A stretch of DNA of 64,000 nt. It comes from Nitrosomonas sp. Its GTDB lineage: Bacteria; Pseudomonadota; Gammaproteobacteria; Burkholderiales; Nitrosomonadaceae. Positions 41,950 to 53,438 of this stretch are shown here, piece after piece. The position numbers and the translations under genes were made by a program. The stretch covers positions 92,967 through 156,966 of the forward strand of contig NZ_JADZAJ010000023.1 in NCBI RefSeq assembly GCF_020852615.1, read 5' to 3'. Below the pieces are notes generated by a model. That model worked only from the letters and a program-made list of their open reading frames with translations. It searched no databases and was not told the DNA's origin. The first letter of the stretch is position 1. The number at the start of each line of letters is the position of its first letter.

Positions 41950-43147
41950 TGTTGTTACAGGAAGTGCGATTGATAACACTGCGATATTAGTAGGTATTGA
42001 TTTTGGTGATGGAGATAAGGAAAGTCTGGAAGAATTGCGGGAGCTGGCCCGCAGCGCGCAGCTTTCTGTTGTATCTGTTGTAGAAGGAACACGAAAGCGA
42101 CCTGATCCGGCCGCTTTTATCGGTAAGGGCAAGCTGGAAGAAATCAGACAGATTCGGGAGCAGACGCATGCGGCAGTCGTGGTATTCAACCACGAGCTGT
42201 CCCCGATACAGCAAAGGAACCTCTCCACGGCACTGGCTTGTCGTATCATAGACAGAACCAGCCTTATTCTGGATATTTTTGCACAGCGTGCTAAAAGTCA
42301 CGAAGGTAAATTACAGGTTGAACTGGCCCAGCTGGAGTACCTTTCAACGCGGCTGGTGAGAGGCTGGACACACCTTGAGCGCCAGAAGGGGGGTATTGGG
42401 TTGCGCGGGCCGGGTGAAACTCAGCTGGAAACAGATCGTCGTTTACTGGCCAAACGTGTAAAGCTGCTGAAGGAAAAACTTGCCAGCCTTAAACGACAGC
42501 GTGAAGTGCAGCGGCGCGCAAGAAAGCGCGCAGAAATGTTATCTGTCTCCATAGTGGGTTATACCAATGCCGGTAAGTCAACATTGTTTAACCGGCTGGT
42601 GCGGGCAGAGACATACGCGGCAGATAAACTGTTTGCTACGCTGGATACGACAACCAGGAGGTTGACACTTCCGGAACGTGGCACAATCGTAATCTCTGAT
42701 ACGGTTGGCTTTATCCGGGATTTGCCGCATACACTGGTCGCTGCATTCCGGGCTACTCTGGAAGAAACAATTCAGGCAGATCTGCTTCTGCATGTGGTTG
42801 ACGTTTCCAGCTCCAATCGTGATGTACAGATCAGAGAAGTTAACAGGTTATTACAGGAAATTGGAGCGGATACGATACCGCAAATCCTGATCCTGAATAA
42901 GACTGATCTCCTTGATGAGCAGTGCCCGTCCGGGAATTACATGCGTGATGAGTGTGGTAGAATCAGGAACATCCGTCTTAGCGCAAAGACAGGGGCGGGT
43001 TTTGGTTATCTGTACGAAGCGCTGGCAGAAGTGCTCGATCAGAATTTGAACAAAGCAGAGCAATGTTCAGCAACACCAGTTTCAGCAAAACCAGCAAGCA
43101 TAAACGGCAATGTCCGTGCCACTTTTATAAATAATGAAAAGGACTAA
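41939..43147 (+). CDS. hflX: GTPase HflX
   Basis: [27 protein letters not shown]. Confidence 0.96.
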   Translation: MNHDVVTGSAIDNTAILVGIDFGDGDKESLEELRELARSAQLSVVSVVEGTRKRPDPAAFIGKGKLEEIRQIREQTHAAVVVFNHELSPIQQRNLSTALACRIIDRTSLILDIFAQRAKSHEGKLQVELAQLEYLSTRLVRGWTHLERQKGGIGLRGPGETQLETDRRLLAKRVKLLKEKLASLKRQREVQRRARKRAEMLSVSIVGYTNAGKSTLFNRLVRAETYAADKLFATLDTTTRRLTLPERGTIVISDTVGFIRDLPHTLVAAFRATLEETIQADLLLHVVDVSSSNRDVQIREVNRLLQEIGADTIPQILILNKTDLLDEQCPSGNYMRDECGRIRNIRLSAKTGAGFGYLYEALAEVLDQNLNKAEQCSATPVSAKPASINGNVRATFINNEKD

Positions 43148-43152
43148 ATCAC

Positions 43153-44337
43153 ATGGGCTTGAATGATCCGCAGTGGGGGAAAAGGAGAGGTAACTCGGGA
43201 CCCCCTGATCTTGATGAGATTGTGCGCAATTTTAACCGGAAGTTGAACGAAATTTTTGGGAAGAAGGGCGGAGGGAGTGATGACGGAGATTCCAGTGATG
43301 GAGGCTCCGGTATGCCTAGTGGTAAAGGTATTGCAGCGATTGTTGTTCTGCTTGTGCTGGCCTGGCTTGGCAGTGGTTTTTATATTGTTGATGAAGGTCA
43401 GCGCGGTGTAGTGCTGCGATTTGGCAAGCATGTGGAAACAACACAGCCGGGCTTGCGCTGGCATATTCCTTCACCGGTTGAAGTGGTGGAGTCAGTCAAT
43501 ATCGGCCAGGTACGTACGGTGGAAATTGGTTATCGTAATAACGTTCGCAGCAAGGTACTGAAGGAATCCCTGATGCTGACGGACGATGAAAATATCATTG
43601 ATATCCAGTTTGCCGTGCAATATATCCTGAACAGTCCGGAAAATTTCCTGTTCAAGAATCGTGATCCGGAGAGTACTGTCCTGCAGGTGGCTGAAACGGC
43701 GATCCGCCAGGTAATTGGAACCAGCAAGATGGATTTTGTTCTGTATGAAGGGCGTGAAGAAGTCACCACCAAAACAACCAAACTGATGCAGGAAATACTT
43801 GACCGTTACCAGATTGGGATATTGATCAACCGGGTAACGATGCAGAACGCACAACCTCCTGAACAGGTACAGGCTGCCTTTGATGATGCTGTGAAAGCAG
43901 GCCAGGATCGTGAACGGCAAAGAAATGAGGGGCAGGCATACGCCAATGATGTAATCCCGAGAGCGCAAGGTGGCGCAGCCCGTTTGCTGGAAGAAGCGCT
44001 GGGATACAAGCAGCGGGTGATTTCAGCAGCGACGGGTGATGCCAGTCGTTTTGTACAGGTGCAGGCAGAATATACCAAGGCTCCTGAAGTGACACGTGAG
44101 CGTATGTACTTAGATACTATTCAGCAGGTTTTATCCAGTACCAGCAAGATCCTGATTGATCAGGAAAAAGGGGGCGGGAATTTACTTTATCTGCCATTGG
44201 ATAAGCTGATTCAGACGGATTCTGCTGCAACCAGGCCTTCTGCCGCACCAGTCAGACAGCAAAGCGAGCCTCAAGAGTCAGATGTCAGCTCACGTACACG
44301 TGAGTCTTTTCGTAGCCGTGAACGGGAGACAAGATAA
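43153..44337 (+). CDS. hflK: FtsH modulator HflK
   Basis: NDPQWG, GPPDLDE, SPFH domain. Confidence 0.96.
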   Translation: MGLNDPQWGKRRGNSGPPDLDEIVRNFNRKLNEIFGKKGGGSDDGDSSDGGSGMPSGKGIAAIVVLLVLAWLGSGFYIVDEGQRGVVLRFGKHVETTQPGLRWHIPSPVEVVESVNIGQVRTVEIGYRNNVRSKVLKESLMLTDDENIIDIQFAVQYILNSPENFLFKNRDPESTVLQVAETAIRQVIGTSKMDFVLYEGREEVTTKTTKLMQEILDRYQIGILINRVTMQNAQPPEQVQAAFDDAVKAGQDRERQRNEGQAYANDVIPRAQGGAARLLEEALGYKQRVISAATGDASRFVQVQAEYTKAPEVTRERMYLDTIQQVLSSTSKILIDQEKGGGNLLYLPLDKLIQTDSAATRPSAAPVRQQSEPQESDVSSRTRESFRSRERETR

Positions 44338-45215
44338 TGAAAGCAGTTTCATCTGTATTTGCCGGGCTTTTGTTTATGCTGGCGGTATTGGGTAGCTCTG
44401 CCGTTTACACTGTTGATGAACGTGAACAGGCTTTGCTGTTTCAGCTGGGAGAAGTGGTGGGGGTTAAAACAACTCCTGGTATCTATTTCAAATTACCTTT
44501 CTTCCAGAATGTTCGTTTTTTTGATTCCCGTATTCTGACAATGGATTCGGAGGAACCTGAGCGTTTTATTACATCCGAAAAGAAAAACGTTCTGGTGGAT
44601 CTGTTTGTGAAGTGGCGTATTGTGGATGTCAAACAATACTATGTCAGTGTGCGTGGAGATGAGACATTGGCTCAGACCCGTCTTGCACAAACGATCAACT
44701 CCAGTATGCGTGACGAATTTGGTAACCGCACTGTGCATGATGTGGTCTCCGGAGAGCGTGACAAGATTATGGAAATCATGCGCCAGAAGGCTAACGCGGA
44801 CGCCAGCAAGATTGGGGTGGAAGTTGTTGATGTGCGCCTCAAGCGTGTAGATCTTCCCCAGGAAGTGAGTGAATCTGTTTATCGCAGAATGGAAGCTGAG
44901 CGTAAACGGGTAGCTAATGAATTACGTTCAACCGGAGCGGCCGAAGCAGAAAAAATTCGTGCTGATGCTGATCGTCAACACGAGGTAATTCTGGCAGAAG
45001 CCTATAGCGAAGCTCAGAAAACGATGGGTGAAGGGGATGCACAGGCCACAGCAATTTATGCCGAGGCTTTCCAGAAGGATGCCAAGTTCTATGGATTCTA
45101 CCGGAGCCTGGAGGCTTACAGAAAATCCTTCAGGAACAAGGAGGATATTCTTGTTCTGGAACCCAATTCCGAGTTTTTCAAATACATGAAAAATCCTTTG
45201 GATCGTAAAAAATAA
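44337..45215 (+). CDS. hflC: FtsH modulator HflC
   Basis: SPFH domain, VYRRMEAERKR, FYRSLEAY. Confidence 0.96.
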   Translation: MKAVSSVFAGLLFMLAVLGSSAVYTVDEREQALLFQLGEVVGVKTTPGIYFKLPFFQNVRFFDSRILTMDSEEPERFITSEKKNVLVDLFVKWRIVDVKQYYVSVRGDETLAQTRLAQTINSSMRDEFGNRTVHDVVSGERDKIMEIMRQKANADASKIGVEVVDVRLKRVDLPQEVSESVYRRMEAERKRVANELRSTGAAEAEKIRADADRQHEVILAEAYSEAQKTMGEGDAQATAIYAEAFQKDAKFYGFYRSLEAYRKSFRNKEDILVLEPNSEFFKYMKNPLDRKK

Positions 45216-45372
45216 ATACCTGAATCTGATATGCGGTTACTTGAGCGCCTTCTGAAATATTATCTGTGTTGTCATTACTTCGTTAAAAACAGGTATATCG
45301 AAGCGTGCCGACTGACATGTGCAGATGGCTGCTTATCAGGTCATGTACTGTTGCTAAAATCCAGGGTTTGAT

Positions 45373-45558
45373 ATGTGGGATACCTTTCTGAAAGCAATTG
45401 CATTAATGCTGATACTGGAAGGTATCTTTCCTTTTTCGTTTCCGGGTGCCTGGCGGGATGCCTTTCTCAAACTGATGCAAATGGAAGACGGTCAGATACG
45501 ATTAATGGGCCTCAGCACCATGCTGGTCGGCCTTATCATTCTTTTCCTGGTTAGCTGA
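45373..45558 (+). CDS. DUF2065 (YjeT) small membrane protein
   Basis: ALMLILEGIFPF...P..WR...; conserved position after hflC. Confidence 0.88.
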   Translation: MWDTFLKAIALMLILEGIFPFSFPGAWRDAFLKLMQMEDGQIRLMGLSTMLVGLIILFLVS

Positions 45559-45632
45559 CTGCTCTTTTTCCTGATGACTTTGAGTATTTCTGCTTTTGAT
45601 CCGGCTGCAATATTTTCCGGCCAACATTAAAA

Positions 45633-46808
45633 ATGCGTAATTGGCTGCTTCCTGAATATATCGAAGATGTACTGCCGCGAGATGCTTACCGTATAGAGAA
45701 GATACGCCGGCTTATCATGGATATGCTGTTTTCTCACGGATATCAGTTTGTGATGCCGCCCCTGCTGGAATATGTGGATTCTTTGCTGGCCGGGAGTGGT
45801 AGTGGCATGAATTTACGCATGTTCAAGGTAGTCGATCAGCTCAGTGGCAGGATGATGGGGTTGCGTGCGGATATGACACCGCAGGCTGCCCGGATTGATG
45901 CGCATCTGCTGGACAATAGCGGGGTGACACGGCTCTGTTATGCCAGCAGTGTGGTGCATACCGTTCCGGATGAGATTACTCGCACAAGAGAGCCTTTTCA
46001 GGTGGGGGCCGAGTTATTTGGCCATCCCGGCATTGAAAGTGATCTTGAAATCCAGCGTCTGTTGCTGGAGTGTCTGTCTGTTTCAGGTATTCAGATCATC
46101 CATCTTGATCTGGGGCATATCAGGGTTTTTCGCAGTCTGATCCATGATTCAGGAATCAGGCCCGAGTTTGAGATAGAGCTTTATGCGGCATTGTGGGCCA
46201 AGGATACCAGCTCACTCAGAGAACTGGTTCTCACAGGGTTGAATAAACGCCTGGACAAATCAGTGCGGGATGCACTGCTGCTGTTACCGGAGCTGTATGG
46301 CGACAATACGGTGCTTCAGCGTGCACGCCAGTACCTGCCAAAATTTCCGGAGATCAGTGAGGCGCTGGATCAACTGGAATACGTTGCTAAAACATTGAAA
46401 CCTTATGTTGATCGAATCACTTTTGATCTGGCCGATTTGCGGGGGTATCACTACCATACCGGTATGGTATTTGCCGCCTATACACCGGGTTGTCCTGCCC
46501 CTGTCGCCCTGGGCGGACGCTATGATGAAATCGGTAAATCATTTGGCAGAGCGAGGCCGGCAACCGGATTCAGCCTGGATCTGAAGCAGTTATCGCGGCT
46601 GACGGCGATAAACGATTATCCTCTGGGAATTTTGGCGCCATGGAAACCGGAGGATGAAAAACTTACAGCAATGATCCGCCAATTACGTGCTGAAGGGCAT
46701 ATTGTGGCGATAGAACTGCCTGGAGAAAACAGCAAAAAAGTGTCAGGTTGTGATAGACAGCTGATTTTTCAGAATGACAGCTGGGAAATCAGTCCGATTA
46801 CAGGGTAA
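45633..46808 (+). CDS. hisZ: ATP phosphoribosyltransferase regulatory subunit
   Basis: WLLPEYIED, LRADMTPQ, DLRGYHYHTG, GGRYD. Confidence 0.94.
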   Translation: MRNWLLPEYIEDVLPRDAYRIEKIRRLIMDMLFSHGYQFVMPPLLEYVDSLLAGSGSGMNLRMFKVVDQLSGRMMGLRADMTPQAARIDAHLLDNSGVTRLCYASSVVHTVPDEITRTREPFQVGAELFGHPGIESDLEIQRLLLECLSVSGIQIIHLDLGHIRVFRSLIHDSGIRPEFEIELYAALWAKDTSSLRELVLTGLNKRLDKSVRDALLLLPELYGDNTVLQRARQYLPKFPEISEALDQLEYVAKTLKPYVDRITFDLADLRGYHYHTGMVFAAYTPGCPAPVALGGRYDEIGKSFGRARPATGFSLDLKQLSRLTAINDYPLGILAPWKPEDEKLTAMIRQLRAEGHIVAIELPGENSKKVSGCDRQLIFQNDSWEISPITG

Positions 46809-46991
46809 ACGAGAGAGGCTTTGTAAAGACCGGCCGGGGAGTTAACACCCTGTTAATCCTGCAAGTTCAGTAAGCCCCCTTTGGGGAGTAGGCTCTGCCC
46901 AACCTGGTGGTAATAACAAAGTGGGAATTGGCCCTGCGTTCAGCCGAAAATATTCAAGCACCGCACTGTTAACAGTACGGTGCTTTGTTTT
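46809..46991 (+). ncRNA. Candidate structured RNA (purA leader/attenuator or sRNA), family unassigned
   Basis: Several hairpins, a possible closing stem and a terminal hairpin with U-rich tail in the 212-nt hisZ-purA gap. Confidence 0.4.
46956..46991 (+). terminator. Terminator/attenuator hairpin upstream of purA
   Basis: AAGCACCG-C-ACTGT-TA-ACAGT-A-CGGTGCTT followed by TGTTTT. Confidence 0.75.
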
Positions 46992-47017
46992 GGAATAATT
47001 TTTTAAGAGATCAATAG

Positions 47018-48319
<1,302 letters not shown>

Positions 48320-48390
48320 ATACCAATCCTGGATGGGTGAGGTGAAGTCTGGCAGCTTTCACCATATTTCACTGCTTTGTTTCTTTATTT

Positions 48391-48708
48391 TTACTGGTGC
48401 CATTTCTGGTAGAGATCTTCAGAATTGTCATTCCATCTCTTCTTGGCAGCAGACAGGCTTTCTTCGGCCCTTTGTTGGGCCTGCTGTGCAGCCTGCAGCG
48501 CTTTCTCGGTTTCAGCCGCTTTTTCCTGGTAGTAACGCAGGTTATCCTGTTTGATTTGTACCTCTTTCCTTGCATCGCTGAGCCGGTTCTCAGCATCTTT
48601 CATCTGTTCATAAGCCTGACTGGTTTGCTGCTGCAGATTTGACAGATTACCCGCCATCACTGTAGCAGGCGAGATCAGCAATAGTAAGACCGTAGCAAGA
48701 AGTTTCAT
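48391..48708 (-). CDS. Secreted coiled-coil hypothetical protein
   Basis: Signal peptide (ATVMA), Q/E/K-rich helix; RBS-like AGGAA upstream. Confidence 0.7.
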   Translation of the reverse strand: MKLLATVLLLLISPATVMAGNLSNLQQQTSQAYEQMKDAENRLSDARKEVQIKQDNLRYYQEKAAETEKALQAAQQAQQRAEESLSAAKKRWNDNSEDLYQKWHQ

Positions 48709-48895
48709 TCCTCGTTTCCTTGAAAGAGTTAGTATTTTTCACAAGCCATAAGGGACTTAACGCATTATAACGGGCATGAATGCTAAAGGGAGATTCAGCC
48801 ATGCGTATATGAAATAGTGCACACCGTTATAAGTGAAAAAGGTACAAAAAAAAGCAACCCCCCTCATTTGGGCGGATTGTCCATCAACAGATTAA

Positions 48896-48919
48896 AACCA
48901 CCGGCTAAAGCCAGTGGTT
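48896..48919. repeat. IS200/IS605-type subterminal palindrome relic
   Basis: AACCAC-CGGCT-AA-AGCCA-GTGGTT, resembling AACCACCGGCTAAAGCCGGTGGTT-type ends; no transposase nearby. Confidence 0.5.
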
Positions 48920-49226
48920 GTTTAGGTTTCGCCGTCTGTGAACAGCAGTTTTTTTGCCTGCTTTTACCTTGTACTGTCTTTTATCTGCTGCATCAGGGAA
49001 AATACAGCTTGTTGTGGCTTATGCAGTAGCCAGCGTGGTTGCTGGTTTGCTGGTGCTGTATTCTTTCGATTTTTTGTTGGTGATGTAGAGCTGAGAACTT
49101 GGCCGATGACGTGTGTTTGCAGTTACCGTGCGGCCTTGCCCGGTTGTAACCCTGTCGCCAGCCAGTGAAGGCATAATATCTCCATTTGTGATGAGGTCAG
49201 ATCAGGGTAAATCTGGCAGAAAACAG

Positions 49227-49529
49227 TTATGAACCGTGTGTTTCGGCCAGCAGATGGCCGATTTTCTGGAGGTCGGCACGGATTGCTGCCGGTTTGCGTT
49301 TTAGCCGGTCGGCAAGCACTTTCGAGTTGGTTGTCTCCAGTAAAATACAGGCTTCGAGCAGATGGAGCAATGAAGGCGGAAGGATTTTTCTGTTATCAAA
49401 ATCGCTGATCAGGCGTGCCACATGCATCCTCGCACGCCGCAGCTGGCCGGCTTCATACGCATGCTGGCGGTTTTCATATTTATCGTGGAGATGCGGGGGA
49501 TTTATCGTGATCTGTGCTTTATTCTGCAT
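49227..49529 (-). CDS. Hypothetical protein with possible C-terminal HTH
   Basis: RBS AAGGAG before ATG 49529; NSKVLADRLKRKPAAIRADLQKI resembles an HTH. Confidence 0.55.
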   Translation of the reverse strand: MQNKAQITINPPHLHDKYENRQHAYEAGQLRRARMHVARLISDFDNRKILPPSLLHLLEACILLETTNSKVLADRLKRKPAAIRADLQKIGHLLAETHGS

Positions 49530-49721
49530 GAGGCTTGCTCCTTTCATTGGGTCAGGGTGAAAGAATAGGGGGCCGTACTTGTCAGGCATATAACGAATAG
49601 AGAGTTTGTTTGCCTGATAGTTCGAAACTCTAACTCAGGCTTCACCTGATAACCATGTGACAAATTGTCGCTGCTGCAAAACCGGCTGTCAGCAGTCATG
49701 GCCGCGCAAACGGGCAAGGCA

Positions 49722-52070
49722 TCAGCTTTGCCGGATGCTTAGCGCCGCCTGAACAGCATCATCGGCGGTTTCCAGAAAAATAAACTGCATGGCGGCGCGT
49801 GTGGCTTCCGGCACATCATGCAAGTCCTTCCGGTTCCGGGCGGGCAGCAGTACGGTTTTAATGCCGGCACGCTGTGCAGCCAGTATTTTTTCCTTAATGC
49901 CACCCACTGGCAGAACCAGTCCGCGCAGACTGATTTCACCCGTCATGGCCACGTCATGCCGTACCGGTCGGCTGGTAAACAGCGAAGCCAGTGCGGTAAA
50001 CATTGCTACGCCGGCACTGGGTCCATCCTTGGGAATGGCGCCGGCAGGCACGTGCAAATGCACATCAATGCCATCAAATGCGAATGATGGAATGTGTAAA
50101 TCACTGGCGCGCGCTTTTACCAGCGTGAGTGCCGCCTGCGCACTTTCTTTCATCACATCACCCAGTTGCCCGGTCAGGATCAGGCGGCCGCTGCCATTCA
50201 CGCGCGTCGCTTCAATAAACAGAATGTCACCGCCCACCGGTGTCCATGCCAGGCCGGTAGCCACTCCCGGCAGATCGGTGTGCAGTGCCAGCTCATGCTC
50301 GTATTTTTCCGGCCCCAGAATATCAGCCAGATTGGCCGCATCGATCTGTACCCGTTGCTGCTCACCTCGTGCAATTTTCAGGGCGGCATGGCGCATGATC
50401 CGGCCGATTTCACGCTCAAACTGGCGCATTCCGGCTTCGCGTGTATAGCTGGAGACAATACCTTGCAGCGCGGCGGGTGTCAGCAGGCATTGATCCGCCT
50501 GCAGACCATTGGCTTCACTTTGCCGCTGCACCAGATAACGCTGCGCGATCTGCAGTTTTTCCTCCGGTGTATAGCCCGGCAGATCAATGATTTCCATACG
50601 ATCGCGCACAGGGGGTGAAACCTGATCAATGACGTTGGCAGTGGCAATGAACACGACACGGCTTAAATCGAATGGCACACCCAGATAGTTATCGCGAAAT
50701 GTCGCATTCTGCTCCGGGTCCAGGATTTCCAGTAATGCAGCCGATGGATCACCATGTGCACTGGCAGTCATTTTGTCGATTTCATCCAGCATCATCACAC
50801 AGTTGCGTGCGCCAGCCTTGCGCAGCCCCTGAATGATATTGCCCGGCATCGCACCGATGTAGGTCCGGCGATGTCCGCGCATTTCCGCCTCATCATGCAC
50901 GCCACCCAACGACACCCGGACAAATGGACGCTGGAGTGCGCGCGCGATGCTCTGGCCAAGTGAAGTTTTTCCCACCCCGGGCGGACCCACAAAACAGAGA
51001 ATGGGCGCGCGACCTTGTGGCTTCAGCTTTTGTACGGCAAGAAATTCAATGATGCGCTGCTTGATGCGTTCCAGCCCGAAATGATCAGCTTCAAGCACGT
51101 CATGTGCCGTATCGAGATCAATCGGTTTATCTTCCGGCAGCTTCCACGGCAATTCCGCCATCCATTCCAGGTAGGTATGGAGCATGGAAAACTCGCTGGA
51201 TGCAGCCGGCATTCGCAGCAGACGCTGTAGTTCCTTGCGCGCCTGCTGCTCAATATCTTCCGGCATTCCGGCTGCCGTGATGGCTTCATCCAGCCGGGCG
51301 ATTTCCTGTTCATTTTCGCCATCTTCACCGAGTTCTTTCTGGATTGCCTTCAGCTGCTCCCGCAACAGATACTTGCGCTCGCGATCTTCCATCTGTTCCT
51401 TGGTGCGTGCACTGATTTCCTGTGAAAGCCGCAAGACTTCAATACGCCGCGCCAGGATTTGCAACACCTTGTTCAGGCGCTCTTCGATATCGATGGTTTC
51501 CAGCAGCTTCTGTTTTTCGGCCACTTCGGTGTCGAGCAGGCTGGCAGTGATGTCTGCCAGATCAGAAGGTGCACGGGTAGCCTGCAATGCATGTGCCAGC
51601 TCGGCCGGTACACCCGGCAACAGTGACACAATTTCCATCGCCCGTTCACGTAACTGCAGCGAAAGGGCTTCTATCCGTGTGCTGCCTTGTTCCGTTGCTT
51701 CCGGGATGCGTTCGATGCGTGCGGCAAGAAAGGGATAGCCCTCAACCAGTGCCATGATCCGGAAGCGTTCGACACCCAGGCATACAGCGTGATGTGTGCC
51801 ATCTTCAGCAGCAATATGCCGCACAACATTGGCGATAGTACCGATCGGGCAAAGTGTATCCAGCCCGGGTTCTTCAACAGCCGGATCTTTTTGCAGCACG
51901 ATGCCAACCGGCATTTTTGTTTGCAGGATATGCTGAATTGCCGCTACTGACCGTTCCCGGCCAACCACAACGGGCATAATGACATGCGGAAACAGGACGA
52001 TATTACGCATCGGCACCAGTGCGATAACATCAGCGGGTAATTCAGTCAGGACAGGGAGGGGTTGTTCCAT
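49722..52070 (-). CDS. lon: Lon protease (endopeptidase La)
   Basis: LON N-domain; Walker A GPPGVGKT; catalytic PKDGPSAG and PVGGIKEK. Confidence 0.96.
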   Translation of the reverse strand: MEQPLPVLTELPADVIALVPMRNIVLFPHVIMPVVVGRERSVAAIQHILQTKMPVGIVLQKDPAVEEPGLDTLCPIGTIANVVRHIAAEDGTHHAVCLGVERFRIMALVEGYPFLAARIERIPEATEQGSTRIEALSLQLRERAMEIVSLLPGVPAELAHALQATRAPSDLADITASLLDTEVAEKQKLLETIDIEERLNKVLQILARRIEVLRLSQEISARTKEQMEDRERKYLLREQLKAIQKELGEDGENEQEIARLDEAITAAGMPEDIEQQARKELQRLLRMPAASSEFSMLHTYLEWMAELPWKLPEDKPIDLDTAHDVLEADHFGLERIKQRIIEFLAVQKLKPQGRAPILCFVGPPGVGKTSLGQSIARALQRPFVRVSLGGVHDEAEMRGHRRTYIGAMPGNIIQGLRKAGARNCVMMLDEIDKMTASAHGDPSAALLEILDPEQNATFRDNYLGVPFDLSRVVFIATANVIDQVSPPVRDRMEIIDLPGYTPEEKLQIAQRYLVQRQSEANGLQADQCLLTPAALQGIVSSYTREAGMRQFEREIGRIMRHAALKIARGEQQRVQIDAANLADILGPEKYEHELALHTDLPGVATGLAWTPVGGDILFIEATRVNGSGRLILTGQLGDVMKESAQAALTLVKARASDLHIPSFAFDGIDVHLHVPAGAIPKDGPSAGVAMFTALASLFTSRPVRHDVAMTGEISLRGLVLPVGGIKEKILAAQRAGIKTVLLPARNRKDLHDVPEATRAAMQFIFLETADDAVQAALSIRQS

Positions 52071-52248
52071 AGCGTTTACTCGTTTACTCTCAGGAATGAT
52101 TCACTGGCACCAATATTGAGCGCTTTAATGGAAATTCAACCTGGGCCGCTATTGAATGGGGGGCTCAATAAGGTGTATCCAAAGAGTTGCGTCGCTACAC
52201 CTTTTGGGTTTAGCTGGAACCGGGCGTGTAGTGGTTCAATAATCCCGG

Positions 52249-52698
52249 TCAGGAGCGATGCCGTTCTTCTTTTTTTTGCTCCCACCGGATCAGTTTGGCC
52301 AGATCAAGCATTTCTTCCGACAGGATTTCCAGCACATCATCCATTGTCAGGATTCCGATCAGTTCACCTGTATCACTGATGATGGGTAATCGGCGAATCG
52401 TTTTCCGGCGCATGAAACTGATGGCTTCATGTGTGGCGGTACTTTCTTTTACGCTGAATAATTCCTGCATCATGATATCGCCGACAGTGATGACTTTTTT
52501 GTCCAGTTCGGTGGCCATGACTTCCACCACCAGATCGCGATCGGTAATGATGCCGACGGGTACGACACGGCCATCCGATTTGTCAGCTACGACGATAGCA
52601 CCGACGTGATGCTGGCGCATCAGCCTGGCGGCTTCCTGCACTGATTGGTCACGTTGAATGACAACGACTTCACGATTGCAAATTTCCCCGACAGTCAT
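52249..52698 (-). CDS. Tandem CBS-domain protein
   Basis: Two CBS repeats (GIITDRDL, GILTMDD). Confidence 0.92.
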   Translation of the reverse strand: MTVGEICNREVVVIQRDQSVQEAARLMRQHHVGAIVVADKSDGRVVPVGIITDRDLVVEVMATELDKKVITVGDIMMQELFSVKESTATHEAISFMRRKTIRRLPIISDTGELIGILTMDDVLEILSEEMLDLAKLIRWEQKKEERHRS

Positions 52699-52731
52699 GG
52701 CAACCTCCTGTAGTTTTTGATAGTGGGCCGG

Positions 52732-53235
52732 TTAGCGTGACCAGTACACGCGCAGTAAATTTTCATCCTGGTTGTATTGAAGTTCCAAATTACCCTGACA
52801 GGCATTATGAACGGCCTCGCCGAGGCCACGCGCCAGGTGGATATCTGTGGTGGTGATCAGTAATTCACCTTCCTGCTCTTCCATGGCGATAATGCGCTGC
52901 AGCGGATGTTGGGATTTTTTTGTTTTTTCAAAATTCTGAACAAGCTGTAGAATTTCATTGTGATGCGCTTTGAAGAAATCACCTTTCAGCGTTATATAGC
53001 CGGCAGGATATGCATCATGGATACGCTGACAGGCGGGGCAGGTGTGTGGATTTGCACTGGCCGGCACTTCGATCCATTGCCAGCGGCCTTTATGGAACAC
53101 TGCCCTGCATTGCGGGCATACGGTTGGCTCCGGCAGCTTTCCTTTAATTTTGTAGACGTCATCAACCCGTTCCTGAAAAACAGTGTCTTGCCGGGCAACT
53201 TGCCGAAATCCGGGTTGAATGTGCTTGATATTCAC
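52732..53235 (-). CDS. BCAM0308-family protein
   Basis: CPQC.AVFHKGRWQW...CPACQRI.D.YPAG, HPLQRI, TTTDIHLARGLG. Confidence 0.85.
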   Translation of the reverse strand: MNIKHIQPGFRQVARQDTVFQERVDDVYKIKGKLPEPTVCPQCRAVFHKGRWQWIEVPASANPHTCPACQRIHDAYPAGYITLKGDFFKAHHNEILQLVQNFEKTKKSQHPLQRIIAMEEQEGELLITTTDIHLARGLGEAVHNACQGNLELQYNQDENLLRVYWSR

Positions 53236-53438
53236 GGTCGCATCCTCCTTTCGGGTGAATGGTTGATTTTGCCGGGAACGGCCCTTGCTGATGTTTTAAA
53301 ACACTGGAGCCACCCCTTTACTGGTTTTTTATCTTGCGCCGCCGGATGATTTTGTCAAGCATTTTGTCGAATGGCACATGAGTGGAAAACCAGGTGTGTA
53401 AATGTGTGATCACAAATGAGTCATCTTTATTTACCTGT

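Noticed and set aside
46809-46991. Assignment of the purA leader to yybP-ykoY, TPP or ZTP riboswitches
   Set aside because: Only fragments match (TTTGGGGAGTAG; AACCTG..TAATA..GGGAA; CCGGGGAG/GTGGGAA). Required cores (GCGAGACC, CTGAGA, GACTGGCG and their order) are missing
48817-49200. Short ORFs in the gap after the secreted coiled-coil gene
   Set aside because: No recognisable motifs or consistent RBS on either strand
52114-52203. Hairpins upstream of lon as an RNA thermometer
   Set aside because: The stems (TATTGA/TCAATA, AAGGTGTA/TACACCTT) do not cover the lon RBS; more likely CBS-gene 3' structures
53340-53420. FNR/CRP boxes upstream of BCAM0308
   Set aside because: Half-site spacing does not fit TTGAT-N4-ATCAA or TGTGA-N6-TCACA
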